A stretch of DNA of 64,000 nt from Verrucomicrobiia bacterium (GTDB taxonomy: Bacteria > Verrucomicrobiota > Verrucomicrobiia > Limisphaerales > UBA11358): positions 19,674-83,673 of the forward strand of contig DATAST010000063.1 in assembly GCA_036269115.1 (NCBI GenBank), read 5' to 3'. Each line of letters opens with the position of its first letter. Within the stretch, counting starts at the first letter, position 1. Shown here one piece after another: positions 18,917 to 28,697 of the stretch. Position numbers and translations under genes: made by a program. A model generated the notes under the pieces. The model had not been told where the DNA came from, did not search any database, and saw only the letters and a list, made by a program, of their open reading frames with translations.

Positions 18917-19681
18917 ATGTCCGTGGATTTTTACAACTGGATGCTGGTGTTTTTGAGGCTTGGGGCATTTCTATTCGTGCTGCCGTTCTTTTCAATGATG
19001 AATTTTCCAGTGACTTTGCGCGTCGCCCTCGGCGCCCTTGGAGCACTGCTGATAGCGCCAACGTTGCCGGCGTTTCATCTGGAGAAGCTGGATTTTCTTT
19101 CGTTGTTTGGAGTCATGATCCAGGAAATCGGTGTTGGACTGCTGCTCGGCTTTGTTTCCTGCATGATTTTCTATGCGGTCGAGCTGGCGGGAAATTTTAT
19201 TTCCACTGAGTTGGGATTGAACACAGCCGCCATTCTGGACCCGGTGAGCGGGCAGTCTTCCCAGTTGGCCGGAACCACGTTGCTCTTTCTCGCTACGGTC
19301 ATCATGTTGACGCTTAACCTGCATCACTGGATTTTATTGGGCTTTCAGGAAACATACACGGTCCTGCCCATGGGAGGCGTGCACCTTAACGATGCGGCGT
19401 TTGAAACTGTGGTTTCCGGGACGAGCCACATTTTCATGATCGCCCTCCAGATCTCAGCGCCGGTGATAGCGGTTTCGTTTGTGATCACGCTCATATTTTC
19501 CGTTCTCAGCCGCGCGGTTCCGGAAATGAATGTTTTTTCCGAAATGTTCGGGTTCAGGATCATAGGCGGATTGATTGTTTTTGGCTTCACCCTCCAGCTT
19601 TCCGCCCAATATGTCGTCAATTATTTAAATCGGCTGCCGCAGGATTTGCTATCGGTGGCCCAAATGCTCGGAGGCAAATAA
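18917..19681 (+). CDS. fliR: Export gate protein FliR
   Basis: VFLRLGAF...PFF, ELAGNFI, LNLHHW and SRAVPEMNVF motifs. Confidence 0.97.
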   Translation: MSVDFYNWMLVFLRLGAFLFVLPFFSMMNFPVTLRVALGALGALLIAPTLPAFHLEKLDFLSLFGVMIQEIGVGLLLGFVSCMIFYAVELAGNFISTELGLNTAAILDPVSGQSSQLAGTTLLFLATVIMLTLNLHHWILLGFQETYTVLPMGGVHLNDAAFETVVSGTSHIFMIALQISAPVIAVSFVITLIFSVLSRAVPEMNVFSEMFGFRIIGGLIVFGFTLQLSAQYVVNYLNRLPQDLLSVAQMLGGK

Positions 19682-19682
19682 T

Positions 19683-20765
19683 ATGCCCGACCAAACGGGG
19701 GAAAAGACTGAGCAACCGACACCACGCAGGCTGGAAGACGCGATCAAAAGAGGTCAGATCGCCCGAAGCAGCGAGGTCCAGACCGTATTTGTGCTTATGG
19801 GCGCGCTGGCAGCGATGGCGTTTGCCGGCCGCGAAATTTGGCAGCAGTTTGTCAGCGTTATCGTCCTGACTCTCGGTCACCTGCATGACACCACCGTCAC
19901 GATGGACTCATTGCAAGGCTATGGCGTCAGCGGGGTTTTTGTTTTATTGAAATGCGTGGGGCCAATCGTCCTGGCGACCGCGCTCGCGGGACTGGTTGCA
20001 GGCGGCATTCAAAATAGATTTAATACAGCCTCAGAGGTCCTGACCCCCAATTGGGAGCGCGTGAATCCGGTGGAAGGCTTTAAGCGGTTGTTCTCAGTTC
20101 GAATGTTTGTTCCCACACTGGTCGGGATCGTAAAGTTCGTTTTCATTCTGGCTGTGACCTGGAGCGAGATCCGCACCGTCATGAATGATCCGGTTTTCAC
20201 ATCAGCGGTCAGCGCCTGGCGCCTGGCGCAATTCCTGGGACAAACGTGCCTGCAAATTTTTCTCCGCGTCGGTCTGGGGCTCTTTGTCATCGCCGCCGCT
20301 GATTATGGATATCAATTCTGGCGGACCAACCGCGATTTGATGATGACCAAAGAGGAGTTGAAGGAGGAAATGAAAAACTCCGAAGTCAACCAGCGAGTCA
20401 AAACGGCCCGGCGAAAGCGCCGGATGGCGTCCAAAGCAAAGGCGTTGGCGGAAGTTCCAAAGGCGGACGTCGTGTTGACCAATCCGACTCATATCGCCAT
20501 CGCTCTTCGTTATGATCGCAAAACCATGCGGGCGCCAAAAGTGATCGCCAAAGGCATCCGCCTGAACGCGCAAAAAATCCGTGAGATCGCGCAACAACAT
20601 CAGGTCCCGATCGTGGAAAACAAACCGCTGGCCCGGATGCTTTTCAAACATGGACGAGTCGGTGGCGAGATTCCTGCTGAACTCTACGCGGCGGTGGCGG
20701 AAATCCTTGCGTGGGTGTACCGGGTCAACCGCTATCGGTATTACGCGGAGCAAAACCAAACTTAA
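19683..20765 (+). CDS. flhB: Export switch protein FlhB
   Basis: EKTEQPTPRRL start and an intact NPTH autocleavage site. Confidence 0.98.
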   Translation: MPDQTGEKTEQPTPRRLEDAIKRGQIARSSEVQTVFVLMGALAAMAFAGREIWQQFVSVIVLTLGHLHDTTVTMDSLQGYGVSGVFVLLKCVGPIVLATALAGLVAGGIQNRFNTASEVLTPNWERVNPVEGFKRLFSVRMFVPTLVGIVKFVFILAVTWSEIRTVMNDPVFTSAVSAWRLAQFLGQTCLQIFLRVGLGLFVIAAADYGYQFWRTNRDLMMTKEELKEEMKNSEVNQRVKTARRKRRMASKAKALAEVPKADVVLTNPTHIAIALRYDRKTMRAPKVIAKGIRLNAQKIREIAQQHQVPIVENKPLARMLFKHGRVGGEIPAELYAAVAEILAWVYRVNRYRYYAEQNQT

Positions 20766-20771
20766 AAACGA

Positions 20772-22886
20772 ATGGGTGCATTGAGTGACAGAATGCGGAA
20801 ATTGCTGCGATACGGCGATTTATGGCTGGTTGTGGCGCTGCTGGGCACGATCCTGTTGCTGATTTTGCCGGTTGCGCCGGCCATTTTGGATTTGTTGCTG
20901 ACCGGTAGTATCAGCATTTCGCTGCTAACACTGCTGGTCATTCTTTACCTGCGGACTCCGGCAGAATTTACCGGGTTCCCCACGCTGCTGCTTTTCATCA
21001 CCCTGTACCGCCTCGGCCTCAACGTTGCCGCGACCCGTTTGATTTTATTAAACGGTTATGCCGGCCACATCATCCAGGCGTTTGGCAATTTTGTGGTGCA
21101 GGGAAATTACGTCGTCGGCCTCGTCGTCTTTTTAATTCTGGTCCTGATCAATTTTGTGGTCATCACCAAGGGCGCCGGCCGTATTGCGGAAGTGGCCGCC
21201 CGGTTTACGCTGGACGCATTGCCCGGCAAACAGATGGCGATTGACGCTGAATTGAATGCGGGACTCATCAATGAAGCAGAGGCCCGAAGCCGGCGCCGGG
21301 TGTTGGAGGAGGAATCGGATTTTTACGGCGCCATGGACGGTGCCAGCAAGTTTGTCCGGGGAGACGCCGTCGCGGCCATTCTGATTACGCTCATCAATAT
21401 CATCGGCGGATTCGCGGTGGGTATTGTGCAAAAAGGAATGACCGTTAGCGAGGCGCTGCAACATTTTACGATTTTATCCATTGGCGACGGCCTGGTATCG
21501 CAGGTTCCGGCGCTGATCACGTCAACTGCGGCGGGCATTTTGATTACGCGGGCCACGGCGAAGAACGATCTTGGCCGGGAATTGGGCCGCCAATTGTTGT
21601 TTTATCCAAAGGCATTGACGATTCTTTCGGTAATGCTTGGCGTGTTGTCGATCGTCCCTGGCCTGCCGATGCTGCCATTTCTGACGCTGGCGATTTTGAC
21701 GGGAATGCTTTCGTATTCGATTCATCGGCACGGCACACCGGAATTGGCGGGGCCGGGCGCGCCGGCCCTGGGTGGGGGTTATGCCAAACCGGGTGAAACT
21801 AAAGCGGTGGGGCGTCCGCTTGGCAGCGAGGCAAAGCCCTCCGACAAGATCGAAAACCTGCTGACCCTCGATACGCTCCAAATTGAATTGGGCTACGGTC
21901 TGGTGGCCCTGGCGGACACAAAAAAGGGCGGTGATTTGCTGGACCGCGTTACCGGCGTGCGGCGGAATTTCGCGCAGGAAATGGGCGTATTGGTTCCCGC
22001 AATCCGCTTGCGTGACAATTTGCAATTGGGGACGAATGAGTATCGATTTTTGCTTAAGGGCAATCCCGTGGCCCAGGGCCAAATCATGCCGGGCCATTGG
22101 CTGGCAATGAATGCGACGAACAGCAAGACGACTTTGAAAGGCGTTCCAACGGTCGAACCGGTTTTTCAACTTCCGGCGACATGGGTGACCAACATCGAGC
22201 GGAAATCCGCCGAGATGGCCGGGTATACTGTCGTGGACGCGCCTTCGGTGCTGGTCACGCACCTTTCAGAAACGGTCCGTCGCAGGTGCCATGAAATTCT
22301 GACGCGCCAGGATGTGCAGGTCCTGCTCGACCACCTCAAGCAAACGAATCCTGCCGTAGTGAACGAATTGATTCCGGCGCAATTGAGCATTGGACAGGTT
22401 CAACGGATACTGCAGAACCTCCTGGCCGAAGGAATTTCAATTCGTAATCTTGCGGGAATCCTGGAAAAAGTCGGCGATTACGCGGCTTCCACCAAAAATC
22501 CTGACGAACTTTCCGAATTCGCACGGCGCGCTCTCGGGGCGCAAATCACCAAGCCGTTTCAGACGGCAAACGGGGCGTTGCGGGCCATTACAATGGACCC
22601 AAGGCTTGAACAACAATTGGCGCAGGGCGTACGGCAATCGGTTTCGGAAGTCGCTCTGGTGATTGAACCCAGGCTCGCCCGGCACGTGATCGAGACGCTG
22701 TCGAGGTTTGTGCAGCAGATGATTTCGGCCGGCCAACATCCAGTGATTTTGTGCCCGCCCCAATTGCGCCTGGCGTTCCGGAGGTTTTTTGAAAGCTCCT
22801 TCAGCGACCTGGCGGTGTTGTCTTATTCGGAAATTCCGTCCCGGGTCCAAATTCACAACGCGGCGGTGCTTCCCTTTGCCGAATAA
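20772..22886 (+). CDS. flhA: Export protein FlhA
   Basis: GAGRIAEVAARFTLDALPGKQMAIDA, FYGAMDGASKFVRGDA and VSQVPAL motifs. Confidence 0.98.
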   Translation: MGALSDRMRKLLRYGDLWLVVALLGTILLLILPVAPAILDLLLTGSISISLLTLLVILYLRTPAEFTGFPTLLLFITLYRLGLNVAATRLILLNGYAGHIIQAFGNFVVQGNYVVGLVVFLILVLINFVVITKGAGRIAEVAARFTLDALPGKQMAIDAELNAGLINEAEARSRRRVLEEESDFYGAMDGASKFVRGDAVAAILITLINIIGGFAVGIVQKGMTVSEALQHFTILSIGDGLVSQVPALITSTAAGILITRATAKNDLGRELGRQLLFYPKALTILSVMLGVLSIVPGLPMLPFLTLAILTGMLSYSIHRHGTPELAGPGAPALGGGYAKPGETKAVGRPLGSEAKPSDKIENLLTLDTLQIELGYGLVALADTKKGGDLLDRVTGVRRNFAQEMGVLVPAIRLRDNLQLGTNEYRFLLKGNPVAQGQIMPGHWLAMNATNSKTTLKGVPTVEPVFQLPATWVTNIERKSAEMAGYTVVDAPSVLVTHLSETVRRRCHEILTRQDVQVLLDHLKQTNPAVVNELIPAQLSIGQVQRILQNLLAEGISIRNLAGILEKVGDYAASTKNPDELSEFARRALGAQITKPFQTANGALRAITMDPRLEQQLAQGVRQSVSEVALVIEPRLARHVIETLSRFVQQMISAGQHPVILCPPQLRLAFRRFFESSFSDLAVLSYSEIPSRVQIHNAAVLPFAE

Positions 22887-22889
22887 ACC

Positions 22890-23909
22890 ATGAAAACTTT
22901 AGCCATTACCGCTGAGAATCCAAACGCGGCACTTGAGCGGGTTAACGAGGCGCTTGGCCCGGAAGCCGTTATCGTGAGCGTGCGCAAGCTGCCTCCTAAA
23001 GGTTTGTCATGGCTTTGGCAGCGGAACCAACGAGTCGAAGTAACCGCCTGCGTCCCGGAAATGCCGGTCGTTCAAAAGCAAATGGTTCCCGCGATGGAAC
23101 GTTCGATTCCTCCTTCCCCGGACCGCATGGCCGTCGCCAGGAGAACGCCAAAACCATCAGACGGACGGTGGCGAAGCATCGGTTGGCTCGAGTCCAACGG
23201 GCTTCTTCCGGCCTTTACGCGCCAACTGGAAGAGAAAGTACAATTATTATATGGCGGAAAACCGTTGCCCGCGATGCAGTCCGAATGGACGGCCATCACC
23301 GATTTGATCATTTGCCATTGGCTCCCGGCCCGTCACTCGGGTGCCGGCCGGCCTCACGTATTCATCGGTCCGCCGGGTTCCGGGAAGACAACGGCGCTGT
23401 GCAAATGGATGGCATCGACCGTTTTGTCGAATGATCAGGACATCCATGTCTGGAGGTTGGATGCCGACAGCGCAAATAATTCTGAATTATTGGAATTGCA
23501 TTGTGAGTTAATGGGCGTGCCCGTTCATCGCTTTTGGGATGACCGCAACAGCGCGGGGGACCTGCAGTTTGTGGACCTGCCTGGTGTGGAAATCCGTAAT
23601 ACGGATGCGATGTCCGCCTTGAGAGATCATCTATCCATCCTCCCGGACCCGCACGTGCACCTGGTCCTGAACGCCGCCTACGAGAGTTCAATATTGTTCG
23701 AGCAATTCCGCGCCTTCGAATCGTTTCGCCCGGAAGACATCATCTTCACGCATTTGGATGAGGAACATCGCCGCGTGAAGCTTTGGAATTTTGTGTTAGG
23801 CACAAAATGTCCCATCAGTTTTCTTGGAGCCGGGCAAAAAATTCCCGGTGAATTCCGGCGCGCGGAACCGGCGTTGTTATTTCCTCAAAAAAGCACCGAT
23901 AAATGCTGA
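22890..23909 (+). CDS. flhF: FlhF SRP-like GTPase, divergent
   Basis: N-terminal LGPEAVIVSVRK, P-loop GPPGSGKTT and GQKIP; follows flhA. Confidence 0.85.
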   Translation: MKTLAITAENPNAALERVNEALGPEAVIVSVRKLPPKGLSWLWQRNQRVEVTACVPEMPVVQKQMVPAMERSIPPSPDRMAVARRTPKPSDGRWRSIGWLESNGLLPAFTRQLEEKVQLLYGGKPLPAMQSEWTAITDLIICHWLPARHSGAGRPHVFIGPPGSGKTTALCKWMASTVLSNDQDIHVWRLDADSANNSELLELHCELMGVPVHRFWDDRNSAGDLQFVDLPGVEIRNTDAMSALRDHLSILPDPHVHLVLNAAYESSILFEQFRAFESFRPEDIIFTHLDEEHRRVKLWNFVLGTKCPISFLGAGQKIPGEFRRAEPALLFPQKSTDKC

Positions 23910-23961
23910 ATTCGTGACTGCGGAGCCGCTGGCAACCGGAATGCTAAACAGTTGATTAGGA

Positions 23962-24204
23962 ATGAAGTCGTTTATGATTTTGTGGGCCATGGTCGGGCTC
24001 CTGACAGGCATTGGTTTCAGTCTCGCGAGCGATTGCTCCTGGTCCACCGCCTTTTGGCGGGGATGTGTGGGCGCTCTGGGGGCGGCGCTGCTGGCGCGAT
24101 GGTGGACGGGCGTCTGGCTGGACAGCTTGCGCGACGCGATCAGACAACGACAATACCGGCGGCCCATCGCGGCGCCTAAAACCAGGCCCAATTCAAAGAC
24201 GTGA
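23962..24204 (+). CDS. Small hypothetical membrane protein (80 aa)
   Basis: Two hydrophobic segments; its stop overlaps the fliA start (GTGA). Confidence 0.65.
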   Translation: MKSFMILWAMVGLLTGIGFSLASDCSWSTAFWRGCVGALGAALLARWWTGVWLDSLRDAIRQRQYRRPIAAPKTRPNSKT

Positions 24205-25031
24205 GTACCAGCGCAACAGCGGACAGTATCGCCGTAGCCAATCCGGGCCCGACAACCCAGGAACTGTGGAGGCGTTACCATAAGCGCAGCGATTCCGACG
24301 TCGAGAATGCACTGATCGTAAAATATCTACCGCTGGTATCATCCATCGCCGCGCGCCTGGCAATGAATCTGCCTGAGCACGTGGCACAGGATGACCTTTA
24401 TAGTTCCGGCCTGGTGGGGTTGTTGCAGGCGGTCCGGAATTATGACCCCGCCTGCGGCGCATCATTCGAGACCTACGCCCGGACCCGAATTCGCGGTGCG
24501 ATGCTCGACGAATTGCGCAAAATGGACTGGGTTCCCCGCACGATTCATGAAAAAGCGCGAAAAGTCCAGGATGTGATGGCACGGCTTGAGCAGAAATTAG
24601 GCGAGGCGCCCACCGAGGCGCAGATGGCGGCGGCAATGAAATTGTCCATGTCCGAGTACGGCAAATTGCTCGATCAAATTCGGCCCGTGGCTTTCGTGTG
24701 CCTGGACACGGTATCATCGGAAAATGACACCGGAGATTTGTATGAAGTAGTTGCCAATACCGCGGAGGAATCGCCGCTGGAACAAATTTCCCGGCAGGAA
24801 TTGAAGAAGGTTATTTTGGCGCGGCTCAAGGAAATGCCGGATGTGCCGCGCAAAGTGCTGGCTCTTTATTACGGCGAAGGATTGCATTTGCGGGAAATTG
24901 CCGAGGCGATCGGCCTGACCGAGTCGCGCATTTGTCAAATCCACGCGCAGGCTATCCTTTCTATCCGGGTATACCTCCAGCGGTTTGAGGCTGGGCTTGT
25001 GAAACAGCATGGAACGATAAACAGCTCATGA
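24201..25031 (+). CDS. fliA: Flagellar sigma factor (sigma-28) FliA
   Basis: DLYSSGLVGL, FETYARTRIRGAMLDELRKMDWVPR and LTESRICQIH motifs. Confidence 0.97.
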   Translation: MSTSATADSIAVANPGPTTQELWRRYHKRSDSDVENALIVKYLPLVSSIAARLAMNLPEHVAQDDLYSSGLVGLLQAVRNYDPACGASFETYARTRIRGAMLDELRKMDWVPRTIHEKARKVQDVMARLEQKLGEAPTEAQMAAAMKLSMSEYGKLLDQIRPVAFVCLDTVSSENDTGDLYEVVANTAEESPLEQISRQELKKVILARLKEMPDVPRKVLALYYGEGLHLREIAEAIGLTESRICQIHAQAILSIRVYLQRFEAGLVKQHGTINSS

Positions 25032-25885
25032 TCATACTTGTCGGTATTTTTATTGTAGTAATTTGTGTTTTCGGCGGATTTGTTTTCGGCGGCGGGCACC
25101 TGCTTGTATTGGTTCATCCTAACGAGCTCATCATCATTGGCGGCGGTGCATTGGGTGCGCTGGTCATTATGTCGCCACGGAAGGTGCTGGTGGATATTGT
25201 CCGCGGCCTGGCTACATGCATGAAGGGAGCGCCGCACAATCGGGCCGCCTATGAGGACCTGTTCAAGGTGCTTTACGAATTGTTTCAAACCGGGCGCCGC
25301 AAAGGGATGATTGCGCTCGAAGAACACGTCCTGGACCCGGCAAACAGCTCTATCTTCAAAAAATATCCTGTTTTCATGAACAATAAGGATGCCGTTGAAT
25401 TTCTTTGCGGCAGTTTGCGGCCAATCATTGACGGCAAAGTCAAGCCGGAGCAATTGCGGCTGCTATTGGATACCGAAATCGAACAGCTCGAGGTTGAGTC
25501 TCACGCGCCAATCAACGTCCTGGCCAAGACGGCTGATTCGATGCCCGGTTTTGGCATTGTTGCCGCCGTGTTGGGGATCATCATTACGATGGCCTCAATT
25601 TCCGGGCCGGTCGAACAAATCGGCATCGAAGTGGCCGCCGCCCTGGTGGGGACCTTTCTGGGCATTTTGCTCGCCTACGGTTTTTTGAATCCACTGGCCA
25701 CGAATCTTGAATTCGTTACGTCTGCGGAATTGGAATACATTCGCTGCATCAGGGCCTGCGTCATTGGTTATGCGGGTGGAATGGCCCCGGTCACGGCCGT
25801 GGAGTTAGGGAGGCGCGGTTTGAACAGCGAATTGCGTCCTTCAGCCGAAGAGATGGAAGAATTGTTCAAATCGGTCAAAACCTAA
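25028..25885 (+). CDS. motA: Stator protein MotA
   Basis: ELIIIGGGALG, RRKGMIALE, PGFGIVAAVLG, ALVGTFLGILLAYG and VELGRR motifs. Confidence 0.97.
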   Translation: MIILVGIFIVVICVFGGFVFGGGHLLVLVHPNELIIIGGGALGALVIMSPRKVLVDIVRGLATCMKGAPHNRAAYEDLFKVLYELFQTGRRKGMIALEEHVLDPANSSIFKKYPVFMNNKDAVEFLCGSLRPIIDGKVKPEQLRLLLDTEIEQLEVESHAPINVLAKTADSMPGFGIVAAVLGIIITMASISGPVEQIGIEVAAALVGTFLGILLAYGFLNPLATNLEFVTSAELEYIRCIRACVIGYAGGMAPVTAVELGRRGLNSELRPSAEEMEELFKSVKT

Positions 25886-25888
25886 GCG

Positions 25889-26665
25889 ATGAAAAAGCCA
25901 CATAGGGAACACGGCGTTTGGAAGGTGGCCTACGCGGATTTTACCACCGCTATGATGGCGCTCTTCCTTTGTCTTTGGCTCACGTCGCAGGACCAGAAAA
26001 TCAAGGACGCAGTGGAGAGAGCATTCCGAAATCCGTTTTCCTCGGTCACCAAGGAATCTGTCGGCATTATTCCCAGCGCGGACGCCAATGCCACGTACCA
26101 GCAACAGGGGCATTTTCAATCTGTTTCAGCCGTCGAAATGGAAACCATGCGGCATTTGAGCGACGACTTGAGCAAATTGCTGAAACAGGATGAGAACGTG
26201 ACCAGCGTAAAGATTGAGCTGACGCCTGAAGGGCTGGACATCAACATCTTTGACCGTTCACGAAAACCGATATTCAATCCGGGCACGGCCAGATTTACTG
26301 ATTATGGCTCGTGGGTTTTCAGCACGCTGGCATGGGAGGTTTCGCGATACACAACATTTCGTATCGAGCTGGAGGGCCATACGGAGTCGAAAAAGGAAAA
26401 TGGAACCGCCGCTCGCGACGGATGGGACTTATCGACGGATCGCGCCAACGCGGCCCGGCGGGTTCTCGCTGAGAACGGCGTGCTCGAAAAACAGTTCTCC
26501 AAAATATCCGGTTTTGCCGACCGCGTGCCCATGGCCGGTTATGCGCCAACGGATGAAATCAACCGGCGCGTAACGGTTCTGCTCAAGCTCAAAGAATCCG
26601 TTAATGCGGTTTCCAGTACGCCAGACGTCGACAGGCCCACTGATCTCCCCAATGACACCCGCTAG
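25889..26665 (+). CDS. motB: Stator protein MotB
   Basis: WKVAYADFTTAMMALF TM motif and an OmpA-like domain (EGHT, LSTDRAN, NRRV). Confidence 0.96.
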   Translation: MKKPHREHGVWKVAYADFTTAMMALFLCLWLTSQDQKIKDAVERAFRNPFSSVTKESVGIIPSADANATYQQQGHFQSVSAVEMETMRHLSDDLSKLLKQDENVTSVKIELTPEGLDINIFDRSRKPIFNPGTARFTDYGSWVFSTLAWEVSRYTTFRIELEGHTESKKENGTAARDGWDLSTDRANAARRVLAENGVLEKQFSKISGFADRVPMAGYAPTDEINRRVTVLLKLKESVNAVSSTPDVDRPTDLPNDTR

Positions 26666-27053
26666 AACTAACGAATTTGTCCCCCTGGTTGCCGCCGCGC
26701 CGTCGGGTGACTCGCGAGAATTTCAAATCACGGTGATTCCGCAAAACGGACATGCGCAGCCGTTTGAATCGCTGGGGACGAAGCCGGCAGGCAGCTCATC
26801 AAATAAAAATGGCGAGCCGCAATTAACCGTGCAACGCGATGGAAACCGAATTACCCATATCCGCATCCAGTGCAATTGCGGCCAGATCCACGACATTGCG
26901 TGCGCCTATGAGGAACCGGCAAAGGTCGAAAAGGCCCCGGGTCCCGGCAAGGCGGTAGAATTCGAATTGACTCCTGATGCCGAGAAGCCCCCTAAGTCCG
27001 GAAAGTCTCCCAAGCCAGCAAAGCCAGCAAAGCCCGCGAAGTCAAAGGCATAG
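26652..27053 (+). CDS. Hypothetical protein with CxC...C motif and Lys/Pro-rich tail
   Basis: HIRIQCNCGQIHDIAC and a KPAKPAKPAK tail; start taken at MTPART, which overlaps the motB end. Confidence 0.7.
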   Translation: MTPARTNEFVPLVAAAPSGDSREFQITVIPQNGHAQPFESLGTKPAGSSSNKNGEPQLTVQRDGNRITHIRIQCNCGQIHDIACAYEEPAKVEKAPGPGKAVEFELTPDAEKPPKSGKSPKPAKPAKPAKSKA

Positions 27054-27138
27054 CGGCTACCCGGCAAAATCTGCTCGCGGTCGCGGAATCTTTTTCCGCT
27101 GGCAGGACAAACGTTGTAAAAAGCCAATAAAAACGCCG

Positions 27139-27154
27139 TGGCACATGTGTTGCT
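27139..27154 (+). promoter_or_regulatory. Sigma-54 promoter (-24/-12) of the flgF operon
   Basis: TGGCAC-atgtg-TTGCT is an exact consensus, 15 nt upstream of the flgF ATG. Confidence 0.85.
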
Positions 27155-27169
27155 GAGCGATCGCTGGTT

Positions 27170-27910
27170 ATGGATGTGAGCCTCTATCAAGCCGCTGCCG
27201 CGATGCATGCCACGGCACAATGGCAGGACTTGATTGCCGAAAACCTGGCATCTTCCCAAATCTCGGGCGGCCGCAAACGCGACGTTGTATTTTCTGATAT
27301 TCAAGCGGGGGCGAACAGTGGTGTGCCCGGAAATCCGAACTATTACATCCCCACGGTGACCACAGTCACAAATTTTCACCCTGGGGAATTGCACGTGAGC
27401 AGCAACCCCATGGATTTTGCGCTGGAAGGCCCGGGGTTTTTTACGATTCAATTGCCGAACGGCCAGGCCGCCTACACTCGCGGCGGCGAATTCCAATTGA
27501 ATTCGCAGGGACAGTTGGTCACGAACCAAGGCTATCAGGTCATGGGCGAGTCGGGGCCGGTGCACGTCAACCCCAACAGTTCAGATCGCATCACTATTTC
27601 CGCCACGGGAGAAGTGAGCCAGGGATCGCAACAGGTCGGGAAACTCAAATTGGTTGAATTTAATAATCCGGGATTGCTGACGACGATTGGCTCGCAGGAT
27701 TTTCAAGCGACTAATGCTGCCGCGGTCCCGCATCCGGCGGCTTTGACAAAGGTCCGTCAAGGGTTTCTGGAAGCGGCCAACAGTTCGCCCACCAGGGAAA
27801 TGTCGGGATTGGTCACTGCCATGCGAATGTTTGAAGCGAACCAAAAGGTGATGCAGGCAGACAGTGACCGCATGAACCACACTATTACTGAACTCGGAGG
27901 AACCACCTAG
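27170..27910 (+). CDS. flgF: Basal-body rod protein FlgF
   Basis: QDLIAENLA, DFALEGPGFF, YTRGGEF and QGFLEAAN motifs; precedes flgG. Confidence 0.92.
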   Translation: MDVSLYQAAAAMHATAQWQDLIAENLASSQISGGRKRDVVFSDIQAGANSGVPGNPNYYIPTVTTVTNFHPGELHVSSNPMDFALEGPGFFTIQLPNGQAAYTRGGEFQLNSQGQLVTNQGYQVMGESGPVHVNPNSSDRITISATGEVSQGSQQVGKLKLVEFNNPGLLTTIGSQDFQATNAAAVPHPAALTKVRQGFLEAANSSPTREMSGLVTAMRMFEANQKVMQADSDRMNHTITELGGTT

Positions 27911-27914
27911 AACT

Positions 27915-28697
27915 ATGCTCCGCGCACTTTATTCCGCTGCTGCCGGGATGGATTCCCAGCAAATGAACCTGGACGTCATCTCCAACAACCTGGCAAACGT
28001 CAACACCACCGGCTACAAGGAGAGCAAACTGCAGTTCCAGGATTTGCTTTACGAGACGACGCGGGCGGCGGGATCTCAGCAGGGCGGCGGTAATGAATTG
28101 CCCGGCAGCTTGCAAATCGGGCAGGGGGCCATTCCAATCGCAACCGAACGCATTTTTACCCAGGGCGATCTTTCGCAAACAGGCGGAAATCTGGATATCG
28201 CCATCCAGGGAGCGGGATTTTTCCAGGTGCAGATGCCCGACGGGACATTGGCCTATACTCGAGACGGCGCTTTCAAAACAAATTCCGAAGGACAGGTCGT
28301 TACCAGTGACGGTTACCCTGTACAGGGCGGATTTGAACCCGTTCCCGCTGGCACCACCAATATCACGATTTCCGCCAGCGGCGCCATCACCTATACGACG
28401 GCCAGCGGTACGACCAGTTCTCAAATTCAATTGGCCAATTTCAATAACCCGGGAGGACTACAGGCGCTCGGGCAAAATCTATACAAAGAGACCCAGGCTT
28501 CCGGAACCGCGGAGCTCGGGCAACCCACGCAAAACGGTTTGGGTGAATTGCAACAGGGTTATCTCGAGCTATCCAACGTCAGCGTCGTGCAGGAAATGGT
28601 CAATCTCATCCTGGCTCAGCGGGCCTACGAAGTAAACTCGAAGGCCGTCCAGGCTGCCGACCAAATGATGCAGGACAGCAACAATCTCCAAAGGTAA
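27915..28697 (+). CDS. flgG: Distal rod protein FlgG
   Basis: MLRALYSAAAGM, ISNNLANVNTTGYK, FQDLLY and LELSNVSVVQEMV motifs. Confidence 0.97.
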   Translation: MLRALYSAAAGMDSQQMNLDVISNNLANVNTTGYKESKLQFQDLLYETTRAAGSQQGGGNELPGSLQIGQGAIPIATERIFTQGDLSQTGGNLDIAIQGAGFFQVQMPDGTLAYTRDGAFKTNSEGQVVTSDGYPVQGGFEPVPAGTTNITISASGAITYTTASGTTSSQIQLANFNNPGGLQALGQNLYKETQASGTAELGQPTQNGLGELQQGYLELSNVSVVQEMVNLILAQRAYEVNSKAVQAADQMMQDSNNLQR

